A DNA stretch of 64,000 bases, taken from Candidatus Saccharimonadia bacterium. GTDB taxonomy: Bacteria; Patescibacteriota; Saccharimonadia; UBA4664. The first letter of the stretch is position 1. Every line of letters starts with the position of its first letter. The translations under genes and the position numbers were made by a program. The stretch is from the NCBI GenBank assembly GCA_036488585.1, contig DASXHH010000014.1:2410-66409 (forward strand), given 5' to 3'. Of the stretch, positions 18,775-28,362 are shown piece after piece. The notes under the pieces are model-generated. The model did not search any database, was not told the origin of the DNA, and worked only from the letters and a program-made list of their open reading frames with translations.

Positions 18775-21207
18775 CTAGAAGGCTTTGCCGTTGATATCGA
18801 TATGTTTTTTGAGCTCGGTTATCTGGACCGGGGTAAAACCGATATCAGTGGCCGAGCCCCACACGTTATTGGCTATGCGCTTGGTGGTCTTGGGGTCAAG
18901 CTTTGCCCAATCTTGAGCTGACTGCGAGATTTTCCCGTAAGAGTCGGCTAACTCTGCACGGTGCGTGTCGAGCACTGGCTGTATGCTTACTGTTTTGCCG
19001 TCTTTGTTAACATAGGTGGTTTGGCCCGCAGTCAGCTTTGCCTGCAGCATTTGGGCACGATCCAGGTCCTTCGCGCGAGTTTCCTTGTCGAATCCCAACC
19101 TGTGAGAAGGACCACGACCACTGAAGAAGTCCATCTGCTTGTCCGCTTGCCAGTCGGCTTGCGTGAAACCTGCGTCGGCACCGAGCGCTACGTCTCGGGC
19201 TTTTGAAGCGGCACCAGGAACACTCTGGATAGCGTTCCGGACTTCCTTGCTTGAGATTGTACCCGCCTTAAGTGCCGCTCGGGTACGATCCCAAGAGTAG
19301 TCTTGGGCGGAGGTGTATTGGATGGCGGCTTCCCGGGCGATTTGGCCACTATAATGGCCTTTGGGGCCAAAATCCGTTTGACCCTCAACGACTCTTTGCC
19401 AATCTTCAGAGCCCATACCTTTGCGTTGGCCTTCGGCAAGAACTGCATCGCGGGCTTTTTTCTGCTCGGCGTGGATGGTAGACTGCACGCCCTCTTGTAC
19501 TCGCTCGTCGTAGGGTCTGTAGGAGCCATTTGCTAGTGATTCAGTGAGACTTGCTTGGGCGGCCTTGGCGACCTCTTCATCATGAAGGGCTTTAGCAGCT
19601 GTACCAGCCATGGCTCGCTGCTGAACGATACTTGGTCCACGGCCGGGGAAGGCGCCGCTGAAGCCGCCGCGAGTGGCGGCTACACCTCTGAAAAACCCGG
19701 CGGTTTTTCGCTCTACGATGTCGCCATTCTTGTCCTTTTTAAATTGGAGTGCTCTGCCAAGCCGGGTGGTAGGTGCGCCCATGTAGCTGGCTGCGGCCTT
19801 TTCTTGGCGGCGCTGGCTACGATTTTTATCGGATTGGCTGCCTTTGCCAAAGCGCTTGTTCATGGAGCCGCCGAAGCCGCCGATACCCTTGGCGCCGGCC
19901 TTCATAGCGCCGCCAGCCCAGGAGAAGGTCCACGGGACGGCGCCGAGTGGCAAGTATAGGCCGACTAGGGCGATGATAGGGACGGCGGCCTTCTGGAAGT
20001 CGTTGGCGGCGCCACCACCGTTGAAACCGGCGCCGGCGGTGAGCGCAAAGATGCGACCGGCTTCGAACAGTAGCATGATGAGCGGATACATCAGGATTAG
20101 CTTAAAGAGGTTTTGCCACCACTGGGTGAACCATTTTTCAGTGTTGGGCAGAATCCAGGCCATGATGGCAAACGGGCTGAGTACAACCAGAGTAATGATG
20201 AGGATTTGTCGCAGCACCAGGGTAAAGAAGGTGGCTAGAACGGCGATGAGGATGGTGATGAGGATAGCTAGACCAATCTCAGAGACGGCGCCTTTGAGGG
20301 CGATGGCGAAGACGGCGCCGGCTGCAGCGTAGAAGATCGAGCTAAGCGGGAAGGTGAAATCGATGTAGGGTGTGGGGATGATTTTATCCATTAAAGTAAT
20401 GAGGCCTTGGCCGAGAATGTTGCCGATGTCGATCATGGCGGCGCAGATATACCATGACAGGGGCATGAGGATGGCGCCGGCTACTAAGTGAGGCAGCGTC
20501 TTTTTAATGGTGTAGTTGTCGAAGCCGAGAGCGGTGCCAAAGATAATGGCGAAGAAGATGAGGATGAGGAAGACGGCTGCGACGTTGCGGAAATTTTGCC
20601 AGATGGTGTAGGCGGGGTTGTCAATGCTTTTGCCCTGGTTATCTATGACTTTAGTGGTGAGGGGTTGGACATGGAGGAAGGGCGCGATGATGTAATCGCG
20701 AATGCCATCGATAACACTGATGGCGGCGCTCATAATGGCGCAGTTTAGCCAGGTGAGGGTGCCGGAGTCGCAAAGATTGGTGGGATCCGTGTTGTTGTTG
20801 GCGGGTGGTGTTGTGGGTTGGGGGCCGCTGCCGCCTCCCCCGCTGCCGGGGGCGACGTTTTTGGGGTTGGCGACAGTGACGGTGCCACCCCCACCGCAGG
20901 TGGTATTAATAGTGGCGCCGTAGCTACCGTTGGCGTTCTTGGCACCCAGGGTTAGGGTGAGGGTGTTGGCCTGGGTTTGTTTAATATCGCAAAAACCACC
21001 AGAGGCTTGGTAGGTTGAACCGGTGGTGTGACCGAAAGAGCGGGAAACACCGGCTGAACCCGTGTCGGTGCAGGTGATGGTGTTGGCGTCGGCGAATTGG
21101 CAGTTGGTGTAGGCGGCTTCGGCTATACTGGGTGCGAGTAGATAAGACAAAAGGGCGATCGCGTTCGCAAACGCCACTAAAGCAATCGCAAGCCACCTAC
21201 GCTTCAT
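18775..21207 (-). CDS. Polytopic VirB6/TrbL-like T4SS membrane protein with long charged C-terminal tail
   Basis: IWQNFRNVA, LVVLSPFAIMAWILPNTEKWFTQWW, multiple TM segments. Confidence 0.75.
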   Translation of the reverse strand: MKRRWLAIALVAFANAIALLSYLLAPSIAEAAYTNCQFADANTITCTDTGSAGVSRSFGHTTGSTYQASGGFCDIKQTQANTLTLTLGAKNANGSYGATINTTCGGGGTVTVANPKNVAPGSGGGGSGPQPTTPPANNNTDPTNLCDSGTLTWLNCAIMSAAISVIDGIRDYIIAPFLHVQPLTTKVIDNQGKSIDNPAYTIWQNFRNVAAVFLILIFFAIIFGTALGFDNYTIKKTLPHLVAGAILMPLSWYICAAMIDIGNILGQGLITLMDKIIPTPYIDFTFPLSSIFYAAAGAVFAIALKGAVSEIGLAILITILIAVLATFFTLVLRQILIITLVVLSPFAIMAWILPNTEKWFTQWWQNLFKLILMYPLIMLLFEAGRIFALTAGAGFNGGGAANDFQKAAVPIIALVGLYLPLGAVPWTFSWAGGAMKAGAKGIGGFGGSMNKRFGKGSQSDKNRSQRRQEKAAASYMGAPTTRLGRALQFKKDKNGDIVERKTAGFFRGVAATRGGFSGAFPGRGPSIVQQRAMAGTAAKALHDEEVAKAAQASLTESLANGSYRPYDERVQEGVQSTIHAEQKKARDAVLAEGQRKGMGSEDWQRVVEGQTDFGPKGHYSGQIAREAAIQYTSAQDYSWDRTRAALKAGTISSKEVRNAIQSVPGAASKARDVALGADAGFTQADWQADKQMDFFSGRGPSHRLGFDKETRAKDLDRAQMLQAKLTAGQTTYVNKDGKTVSIQPVLDTHRAELADSYGKISQSAQDWAKLDPKTTKRIANNVWGSATDIGFTPVQITELKKHIDINGKAF

Positions 21208-21284
21208 GCCTGAAGTATAGCATTAGCATTTTAATAACGTAAGCACTTTGACTTGGTCGGGCGCTCACCTGTACAATGCGGCCA

Positions 21285-21746
21285 ATGAAACGTCTGTTGG
21301 TCAGCTTGGGGGTAGCAGTGGCGGTGGCGACTTGTACGCTACCAGTGGTCGTGAGCGCGTCGAACACGTTGCCTGGAAGTGGTGGCGGTACTAGTACTAG
21401 TGGAGGCGGTAGTTCGCTGACCGATCCGAACTCAGGTGGATGTGCGGGTGGTGTACAGATAGCACTACCGATTTTTTCCAACAACACCTGTGTGCAGAAC
21501 AGTCAGGGTAACGGAAGCGCCATTGTCGTGTATTTGAAGGAAGTGCTGCAGCTGCTTTCCGGGATCGTGGGCATTACTATCATTACTTTGATAATTTGGG
21601 CTGGGATTCGGTATATAACCTCGTTGGGTGACCCGAGCATAGTGAAGGACGCCAAATCGAGGTTAACGAATGCCATAACGGCCCTGGTTTTATTCCTGAT
21701 GATGTTTGCGATTTTGCAATTCTTGGTACCGGGAGGGCTGTTGTAG
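21285..21746 (+). CDS. TrbC/VirB2-like pilin 1
   Basis: IIWAGIRYITSLGDPSIVKDAKSRLTNAITAL. Confidence 0.8.
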   Translation: MKRLLVSLGVAVAVATCTLPVVVSASNTLPGSGGGTSTSGGGSSLTDPNSGGCAGGVQIALPIFSNNTCVQNSQGNGSAIVVYLKEVLQLLSGIVGITIITLIIWAGIRYITSLGDPSIVKDAKSRLTNAITALVLFLMMFAILQFLVPGGLL

Positions 21747-22094
21747 ATGTCTTTGTTGCCACATTTGTACCTGGCATCGAGCGCGTGTGGAACTCACACC
21801 GGCGTGGCTCCGAGCCTGTACGACGGGTTGAAATGCGATGCGAACGGCAACATCACGCTAACGCGGGTGGTGGACGCGGTGGTGATAATTGCGAACATCG
21901 CGCGAATTTTGATTTGGCTGGCGGGAGCGCTGGCCGTGATCTTTGTGATCATCGGCGGCGTTTACTACATAGTGTCGGCGGGTGATCCGGGTCGGGTCAA
22001 GAAGGCCAAGGACATCCTGACCAATGCGATTATTGGTATCGTGCTTACGGTTAGCGCTTATGCTGTGGTAACGTTTATTGCAAAGGGATTTTAG
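21747..22094 (+). CDS. TrbC/VirB2-like pilin 2
   Basis: VIIGGVYYIVSAGDPGRVKKAKDILTNAIIG. Confidence 0.85.
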   Translation: MSLLPHLYLASSACGTHTGVAPSLYDGLKCDANGNITLTRVVDAVVIIANIARILIWLAGALAVIFVIIGGVYYIVSAGDPGRVKKAKDILTNAIIGIVLTVSAYAVVTFIAKGF

Positions 22095-22099
22095 AGAGA

Positions 22100-22408
22100 A
22101 TGCTTGAACATATGTTGAAGCTAGCAGCCAACCCGTACAACATTCCGGCTAATTCCATTGGTGTACCGACTTCGACGGCGACGGTGGGTCAAGGGCTGAC
22201 AAATGCAGTACAGATCATTATGACGGTGGTCGGCATGCTGGCAGTTGTGTTTATTCTGGTGAGTGGAGTGCAGATGGTGTCGTCGAATGGTGATCCCAAG
22301 CGGTTTGCCCAGGGTCGGCAAACGCTGCTGTATGCGGTTGTGGGGCTGGCGGTGGCCATTGGCGCCTACGCGATTGTGACGTTTGTTTCGGGTGTTCCCC
22401 ATCGTTAA
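22100..22408 (+). CDS. TrbC/VirB2-like pilin 3
   Basis: ILVSGVQMVSSNGDPKRFAQGRQTLLYAVVG. Confidence 0.85.
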   Translation: MLEHMLKLAANPYNIPANSIGVPTSTATVGQGLTNAVQIIMTVVGMLAVVFILVSGVQMVSSNGDPKRFAQGRQTLLYAVVGLAVAIGAYAIVTFVSGVPHR

Positions 22409-22423
22409 TTAAGGAGTGGTGTA

Positions 22424-22735
22424 ATGTTCGGTAAATTCTTGGCTGACGCGACAAGTGCGATTAACACTGGAGCCACACAGGCTTGCGGTACTTCGTGTAA
22501 CACGGGCACGACCGTGGGCGGCTTGTTTGCAGGCGTAGCCAACGCATTAATATTCTTGGTGGGCGCCGTTTCGGTGATCATGATCATTATTGGTGGTCTG
22601 CGGTATGTGATGTCCAACGGCGACCCAAAGCAAACTGAGTCGGCTAAAAACACCATCTTGTACTCGGTAATTGGTATTGTGGTGGCGATTGCATCGTTTG
22701 CGATCGTGAGTTTTGTGACCACTCACATCAAGTAG
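22424..22735 (+). CDS. TrbC/VirB2-like pilin 4
   Basis: IIIGGLRYVMSNGDPKQTESAKNTILYSVIG. Confidence 0.85.
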   Translation: MFGKFLADATSAINTGATQACGTSCNTGTTVGGLFAGVANALIFLVGAVSVIMIIIGGLRYVMSNGDPKQTESAKNTILYSVIGIVVAIASFAIVSFVTTHIK

Positions 22736-22814
22736 TTTGCCAAGCCAATACGCTTATGGTAATGTTCGGGTAAAGCTGCACTATAATAAAAGTATTAAGG
22801 AGTAATAACTTCCA

Positions 22815-23240
22815 ATGCGCACAGCAAACCTAGGCAAAAAAGTTGCCGCCGTCGCTCAGGCACTGGTGCTCGCCCTTGGATTTGGGGTCGCGAGCTTTGC
22901 CATGGCTGGTCCGGCGCTAGCGGCCAACAACTGTGATCCGAACACGTTAACGATCGATAACGGCGCGCAGTGTGCCAAGGCTGATAGCGCAAAGGACAAC
23001 CTGTTTGCTCCGAATGGTGTGTTCTCGGTGGTGGCCAATACCCTGATCTTCCTGGTCGGCGCCGTAGCGGTGATTTTCCTGATCGTCGGTGGTTTGCGCT
23101 ACGTGGTCTCGAACGGTGACCCGAAGAACGTTGAGGCGGCCAAGAACACCATCCTCTACGCTATCGTCGGTATCGTGGTAGCGGTGATCTCGTTCGCCCT
23201 GGTCCAATTCGTGATCAATGCCTTGAATAAAGCGTCGTAA
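22815..23240 (+). CDS. TrbC/VirB2-like pilin 5 (probable major subunit)
   Basis: LIVGGLRYVVSNGDPKNVEAAKNTILYAIVG; TATAAT and AAGGAG upstream; C-ending codons like groEL. Confidence 0.85.
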   Translation: MRTANLGKKVAAVAQALVLALGFGVASFAMAGPALAANNCDPNTLTIDNGAQCAKADSAKDNLFAPNGVFSVVANTLIFLVGAVAVIFLIVGGLRYVVSNGDPKNVEAAKNTILYAIVGIVVAVISFALVQFVINALNKAS

Positions 23241-23253
23241 TAACGCTACTAGG

Positions 23254-23280
23254 AAAAAGGCCCCACCCGGGGCCTTTTTT
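23254..23280 (+). terminator. Intrinsic terminator after pilin array
   Basis: aaaaaggcccc-accc-ggggccttttttt. Confidence 0.85.
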
Positions 23281-23304
23281 AGTTGCTAATGCTAGATTAG
23301 AGAT

Positions 23305-24606
23305 ATGAGACGTAAGTTAGACAGGCGTGAGGTGGCGGCGCTGGCGGTTGGATCGTTGTACTTGGTCGCGATGGGGCTAGCGGCGGCGAGGTCGTGGCGG
23401 GCGCCGGTGCTGTTTAGCTTTCATGGTTCGCTCGAGGTGTTGGCAGCGAGTTTGGGTGGGGTTGCGGCCACATTGGTGTGGCGGCGACGGGTGGTACGGC
23501 GGCGAGATCTATGGCTGCCAGTGGGACTGATAGTGCTGGCGCTAGCGAGCTTCCCAGATTCATCGCGGGATTGGCTGCGGTATTTATTTGATGGTGAGAT
23601 GATCCGGATTTATCACGCCTCGCCATATGCGCACTTGCCGACTGAGTTTTCGCACGACTGGCTGTACGGCGCGGTTAGACAGGCGTTTTGGGTGACGATC
23701 CCAAGCCCGTATGGGCCGTTGTGGCAGGCGTGGATGACGGCGGTGGATATGGTGGCGCATAACCGGCTGATGTTAGGGATAGTGGCACTTAAGCTGACTG
23801 ATCTAGCTGGGCTGTTAGCGTGCGCGTGGTATTTGGGGAGACTGGCGGGAGCGCGAGCGGCGTATCTGTTCCTGATTAATCCGGTGGTGTTACTAAACAC
23901 GGTGGCAACACCGCATCTCGATGTGCTGATCGCAGCGGCGGTGTTGGCGGCATATCACTACCGCAATGCGGTAGGCCGAGGGGCGGTGTTGGGGGCGGCG
24001 GCAATGCTCAAGGTGCACGCGCTGATTTTCGCGCCGTTCATGTCTCGTCGGCCGGTGCGATCGCTCGTCACGGTGGCGACGGCTACGGTGGTGGCCGGCG
24101 GGCTGGCGCTGGCACTGAAGCCGGTGGTGGGGTTTGAGTGGTGGCAGATGTGGTCGGCCAACCAGGCGGGTGGCGTAAATGCGCTGGATTCACTACTGGT
24201 GCATAGCCTGTTTCATGGGATGGCGAGCGGAGGGGTGTTTAAGGTGTCGTACGGGTTGTTTGGGGCGTTGTACGCAAGTATTGGAGTGGCGTTCCTGCGG
24301 CGGCTGATTTCACGGGAAGTGGCGCTGACGCTCGTGAGCCTGCTGGTGCCGCTGTGCTTAACGGGTTTGCTTGAACCGTGGCACTTTATTATTCCCCTCG
24401 CTTGGCTGCTGGTGTTGGGCCGGCCGGCGGCGGACATGGTGGTGCTGTTTTTGTCGCTACTAGTGCTAAGGTCGGCTGTGACCGTGCTGCAGCTACTGGA
24501 GGTGGCGGGAGCGTTTGGGGCTGGTGGCTGGGCGCTATATGAGGTGCAGCGACATATGAGTAGGCCGCCGCGAGTGTTAACGCAGTTGATTTCAGCGTTC
24601 AGGTAA
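23305..24606 (+). CDS. GT-C superfamily glycosyltransferase (MptA/MptB / GT87-like)
   Basis: SRDWLRYLFDG...SPY...PSPYGPLW...NPVVLL...HLD...AMLKV; polytopic. Confidence 0.7.
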   Translation: MRRKLDRREVAALAVGSLYLVAMGLAAARSWRAPVLFSFHGSLEVLAASLGGVAATLVWRRRVVRRRDLWLPVGLIVLALASFPDSSRDWLRYLFDGEMIRIYHASPYAHLPTEFSHDWLYGAVRQAFWVTIPSPYGPLWQAWMTAVDMVAHNRLMLGIVALKLTDLAGLLACAWYLGRLAGARAAYLFLINPVVLLNTVATPHLDVLIAAAVLAAYHYRNAVGRGAVLGAAAMLKVHALIFAPFMSRRPVRSLVTVATATVVAGGLALALKPVVGFEWWQMWSANQAGGVNALDSLLVHSLFHGMASGGVFKVSYGLFGALYASIGVAFLRRLISREVALTLVSLLVPLCLTGLLEPWHFIIPLAWLLVLGRPAADMVVLFLSLLVLRSAVTVLQLLEVAGAFGAGGWALYEVQRHMSRPPRVLTQLISAFR

Positions 24607-24607
24607 C

Positions 24608-24634
24608 AAAAAAGGCCCGGAGTCGGGCCTTTTT
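24608..24634. terminator. Bidirectional intrinsic terminator
   Basis: aaaaaaggcccg-gagt-cgggccttttt between convergent genes. Confidence 0.85.
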
Positions 24635-24649
24635 AAAGTGCTTAAGGTA

Positions 24650-25087
24650 TTAGACTGGCTTAACTTTGATCTTCTTAACCTTGTCTTGAGCGACCTTGGG
24701 GATGGTAACGGTAAGGACACCGTCTTTGAGGCTAGCGGCGGCTTTTTCCGCGATGGTTGAGGTGGGCAAGATGACTGAGCGGGAGAAGGAACCCCAGTAG
24801 CATTCCTGTACGTAGTAGTGCTCGCGGTCGACCTCTTTCTCCTCGACGCGCTCGCCGCGGATAGTGACTACATCTTCGGCGACCTCGATGTCGATCTTGT
24901 CGGGGGTGACGCCAGCGATGGGGGCCTTAATTACGACGTTTTCTTTGGTTTGGTAGACGTCGACGGCTAGCTGGCCCTCGGCTTCCGCCATCCAGTCTTC
25001 TTCGCCACCCTCACCCATGGGGGTGTCTAAAAAGTCATCTTGCAGTACGTTGTCTTGGTCGTTAGCGGCGGATTTCTTGCCCGGCAT
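24650..25087 (-). CDS. Hsp20/alpha-crystallin small heat-shock protein
   Basis: LAVDVYQT, ECYWGSFSRSVILP, ASLKDGVLTVTIPK. Confidence 0.95.
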   Translation of the reverse strand: MPGKKSAANDQDNVLQDDFLDTPMGEGGEEDWMAEAEGQLAVDVYQTKENVVIKAPIAGVTPDKIDIEVAEDVVTIRGERVEEKEVDREHYYVQECYWGSFSRSVILPTSTIAEKAAASLKDGVLTVTIPKVAQDKVKKIKVKPV

Positions 25088-25299
25088 TGGAATTAACTCT
25101 CCACGTTAATCGGCGGTATGGGTTGCGGTGCAACCTTTGGCCTATTATAGTCAGACGTTCAGATGAAAGGCAAGCTACGCCCATGCTTATCCGTCGCTTG
25201 GTAGAGCTCTTAACTCCCGAAGAATGCCTAGGATGAGGCCAGGATGGCGTTGTATTGTGCGCAACATGTGTTAATGATAATGGCTTAACTAAGGCGGTT

Positions 25300-25555
25300 A
25301 TGGTGTGGCGAGAGGAATGCCGGAGCTAGCGGGTTTAGCAGCGGGAGCGTATTATGACGCGCCAGTGAAAGAGCTGATTTTAAGCTAAAGTTTTTATCGG
25401 CGGGTGGCCGCCCGGCTGCGACTCCCCTACTCTGCGGCGTTGCGTGCCAGACCTCCACGCACCAGCTAGGGGGGACAGGTGCACACGGTTCGGTGCAAGG
25501 GGCAGCGGGTTTGGTGGCGGACGATGTAGTGAGCGGTGGCGCGGCACTAAGCCTT
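25300..25555 (+). pseudogene. comF: Decayed ComF-family (phosphoribosyltransferase-like) remnant
   Basis: Frameshifted fragments ELAGLAAGAYYDAPVKELI / LKF and GLVADDVVSGGAALS (cf. ComF VLLVDDVVTTGATL); no intact ORF. Confidence 0.6.
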
Positions 25556-25599
25556 GAGCGAAACGAGTTTGCGCGGTATTATAGGCGAGTTCAGCTTAT

Positions 25600-25692
25600 G
25601 GAGAGGTACCCAAGTGGCTGAAGGGGCGGGTTTGCTAAACCTGTAGGGGGGAGTAATCCCCCGCGAGAGTTCGAATCTCTCCCTCTCCGCCA
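25600..25692 (+). tRNA. tRNA-Ser(GCT)
   Basis: Cloverleaf GGAGAGG...CGGGT-TT-GCT-AA-ACCTG, long variable arm, GTTCGAATC, encoded CCA. Confidence 0.96.
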
Positions 25693-25804
25693 GGAATTAT
25701 TGAAGCCGCCGATGAGGCGGTTTTCATTTTGAAGCAAAAAGCGCCCTGCTAGCAGCGGGCGGGTCACCTAGTGGTGGGGCGCTTCTTGCTGCCGGCGGGG
25801 CGTG

Positions 25805-26347
25805 TTAGTTCGGAGACTCGCGTTTGAATGCCCGGGCGGCTTCGCTTCGGGCGTTGGCTCGCCAGGCCTCCAGCTGGCCGAGATGACCGGGTTGCGCAGG
25901 CCGAACTTGGCACTGCCAAACCTCGGCATGATCATGGTAACTTTTGTCAGTGGATGTCTGCACGAAGATGACCCACCCGATAGGCTCGAGGTTAATTTCG
26001 TTTGTCCGTCTGGCAATAAGTTCCTCGAGAGATTGGTGCGACTCAACTTCGTTGATTGGGCCAGATTTTTCGACATTTGGCACCAGGTAAATGTGCATGG
26101 GTTTGCCAGTTTGACTGCCGGGTACCCATTGGGCGCGTTCTTGGTCGGTGAGCGGCTCCGGGGGGTGGATGGTCCAGGTGATTCTTTGCTGAGAGAATGG
26201 GGTCGCCGAGTCCCTCATGGGGTGATCACGCAGTATTCGCAGCTGGGGATGGGCGCCCAGCATTTCGTACCAGACATGATCCGGAATGCCAGCGTAGCCG
26301 GTGGGGAATGTGACTGTTCCGTCGTTGCGGACCTCGAAGTCGCTCAT
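25805..26347 (-). CDS. Hypothetical protein (accessory cassette)
   Basis: 180 aa ORF from MSDFEV, GGAG SD, upstream TTGACA, downstream hairpins. Confidence 0.65.
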   Translation of the reverse strand: MSDFEVRNDGTVTFPTGYAGIPDHVWYEMLGAHPQLRILRDHPMRDSATPFSQQRITWTIHPPEPLTDQERAQWVPGSQTGKPMHIYLVPNVEKSGPINEVESHQSLEELIARRTNEINLEPIGWVIFVQTSTDKSYHDHAEVWQCQVRPAQPGHLGQLEAWRANARSEAARAFKRESPN

Positions 26348-26424
26348 GAGTGTCTCCACGGAATTGGAAAGTAGCTAGCGGTTAAGCTCGAATTGATGAA
26401 GTATTGCGATAAATGAAAGGAATG

Positions 26425-27390
26425 TCAAGCCTGAGCAGGATGAGATTTGAGCTCGGCAATTAGATCGGTGAGCTTGCAGGTGGCAAGGCAGATGCCCTGG
26501 TCGCCGGAGCCATAGTACACGTAGAGGTTGTTGCCGATGATGAGAGCGCCTTCGGGGAAGCAAACGTTGTTAACCACGCCGGTCTTTTCGGCCTCGGTTT
26601 CGGGGAGGAGAAGCGGACCTGGGGTGGTGGCAAGGACGTGGCTGGGGTCGGCTAGGTCTAGCAGAGCGGCACAGATGGTCCAACGAGGCTCCTTGGAGAA
26701 GCCGGAGAAAATGAAAAGCCAGCCGTCGGGGGTCTTGATGGGACGGGCGCCAACTTCTTGGTCGGTGAAGATGCCGGCGGCAGGGATTTTAAGCCAGCCA
26801 GCAGCGATTTTTTCAGGTGTCCAATCGTCGGGCTTGGTGTGGGTGAGTTGTTCGAGACTATCGAAATGGCTGAGGATTATGCGAGAGTCTGGGCCAGCTT
26901 GGTCGGCCCAGAGCAGGTTGTATTTGCCGTTGATGGGTTCAGGGAAGAGCGTGGCGGCTTTGGAGGACTGGTCGGGGCCGATAACGCCGTATTTTTGGAC
27001 AGTTTTAAAATCGGTGGTGGTGGCTAGGGCGATGCGGACCTGGAGGGGATCGTGCTGGCTAACGGCCGTGTAAAAGATGTAGTAGGTGTCGCCGAGCTTG
27101 GTGATACGTGGATCCTCGCAGCCGAGTGAATTTTCGTAAGGTTGGTCGGGTTTGATGAGAGGCTCGGGTTGGCGCTCCCAGTTAATGCCGTCCTGGCTCC
27201 AGGCTAGGCCAATCGAGGAGACGTAACGACCGGACTGGCTAGTGTTAACGTCGTTGGTGGCGCGGTAGAGCATACCGTATTGGCCTGGCTCGTGCTCCCA
27301 GACGGTGGGATTGAAGACGGAGCCGGCTTCCCACGAATGATCCGGGTTTTTCTCGAGGATCGGGTTGTGCTGATGGCGAACGAGGTTCAT
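26425..27390 (-). CDS. GH130-family glycosidase / mannoside phosphorylase-like protein
   Basis: WEAGSVFNP, MLYRA, GCEDPRIT, LFPEPINGKY, NVCFPEGA, YYGSGD. Confidence 0.85.
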   Translation of the reverse strand: MNLVRHQHNPILEKNPDHSWEAGSVFNPTVWEHEPGQYGMLYRATNDVNTSQSGRYVSSIGLAWSQDGINWERQPEPLIKPDQPYENSLGCEDPRITKLGDTYYIFYTAVSQHDPLQVRIALATTTDFKTVQKYGVIGPDQSSKAATLFPEPINGKYNLLWADQAGPDSRIILSHFDSLEQLTHTKPDDWTPEKIAAGWLKIPAAGIFTDQEVGARPIKTPDGWLFIFSGFSKEPRWTICAALLDLADPSHVLATTPGPLLLPETEAEKTGVVNNVCFPEGALIIGNNLYVYYGSGDQGICLATCKLTDLIAELKSHPAQA

Positions 27391-27415
27391 GCCTGACTGG
27401 TTCCTGAATAATTAC

Positions 27416-27503
27416 TGGCGGAGGGGGTGGGATTCGAACCCACGGACCCTTGCGGGTCTCCGGTTTTCAAGACCGGTGCACTCGGCCGCTATGCGACCCC
27501 TCC
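27416..27503 (-). tRNA. tRNA-Ser(TGA)
   Basis: Reverse complement GGAGGGG...CCGGT-CT-TGA-AA-ACCGG...GTTCGAATC...CCA. Confidence 0.96.
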
Positions 27504-27584
27504 ATAATGCTAGTGTATCCTAAGCGTAAGGATTATATACTTTCGCCTCGAGTTGGGCCATAATATAGCACAGAGGGAGCCATT

Positions 27585-28232
27585 ATGGCAGACGAAACGC
27601 CAACACAAGTCGAGTCGCAAGCAGCGGAGCCAGCTTTGGCGCCAGAGTCGCAGCCGGCAGAACAAGAGACAGCGGCGCAAGATGTGACGGCTGAACCCAC
27701 CGGGCCAACGGAGGCGGCGCCCACAGCAACCGAGTCTGCGGCGGCTCCGGATGAGCTGGAAGAGGCACGGGCCAACGAGGTGGCGTTTAGTTGGCAGGCT
27801 TCGGAGTACGTGCATCACCACAAGGGCCCGGAATGGTATGCGGCCCTGGCGGGTGCGCTAGCGATTTTGATTTTAGCGGCGGTGTTGTTGCATTTGTGGG
27901 TGGAGATCGCGTTGTTTACAGCCATGGGTGCGGCGGTGGCGGTGTACGCGCACAAGCCGCCGCGCACGCTCACGTATGAGCTGACGCCGCAGGGTGTTAC
28001 CATTGAGGGTAAGCAATATCCATTTGACGACTTTCGGTCGTTTGGGGTGGTGAAGGATGAAGAGTGGCACACGATTGACCTCGAGCCGATGAAACGACTG
28101 GCGCCGAGGCTGTCGGTGCTTTTTGACCCTGAGGATTTTGACAGTGTCGTGGGACATTTGGAGCTGCACTTGCCCCGAGCTGATCGCGACCCAGACCCGA
28201 TCGAGAAGCTGAGCCGCTACCTGCGGTTTTAA
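27585..28232 (+). CDS. Conserved-looking membrane protein (acidic N-terminus, two TM, PH-like C-terminus)
   Basis: WQASEYVHHHKGPEWY, two TM, YELTPQGVTI...YPFDDFRSF, a pattern I recall from CPR genomes. Confidence 0.75.
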   Translation: MADETPTQVESQAAEPALAPESQPAEQETAAQDVTAEPTGPTEAAPTATESAAAPDELEEARANEVAFSWQASEYVHHHKGPEWYAALAGALAILILAAVLLHLWVEIALFTAMGAAVAVYAHKPPRTLTYELTPQGVTIEGKQYPFDDFRSFGVVKDEEWHTIDLEPMKRLAPRLSVLFDPEDFDSVVGHLELHLPRADRDPDPIEKLSRYLRF

Positions 28233-28285
28233 GGCTTTATTTTTGGCGGTAATTATGCTAAAGTCTGGTGGTGTTCGCGTAATTT

Positions 28286-28362
28286 GCGCTTGTAGCTCAG
28301 TGGATTAGAGCATCAGCTTGCGGTGCTGGGGGTCGCAGGTTCGAATCCTGCCAAGCGCACCA
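28286..28362 (+). tRNA. tRNA-Arg(GCG)
   Basis: GCGCTTG...TCAGC-TT-GCG-GT-GCTGG...GTTCGAATC...CAAGCGC-ACCA. Confidence 0.95.
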
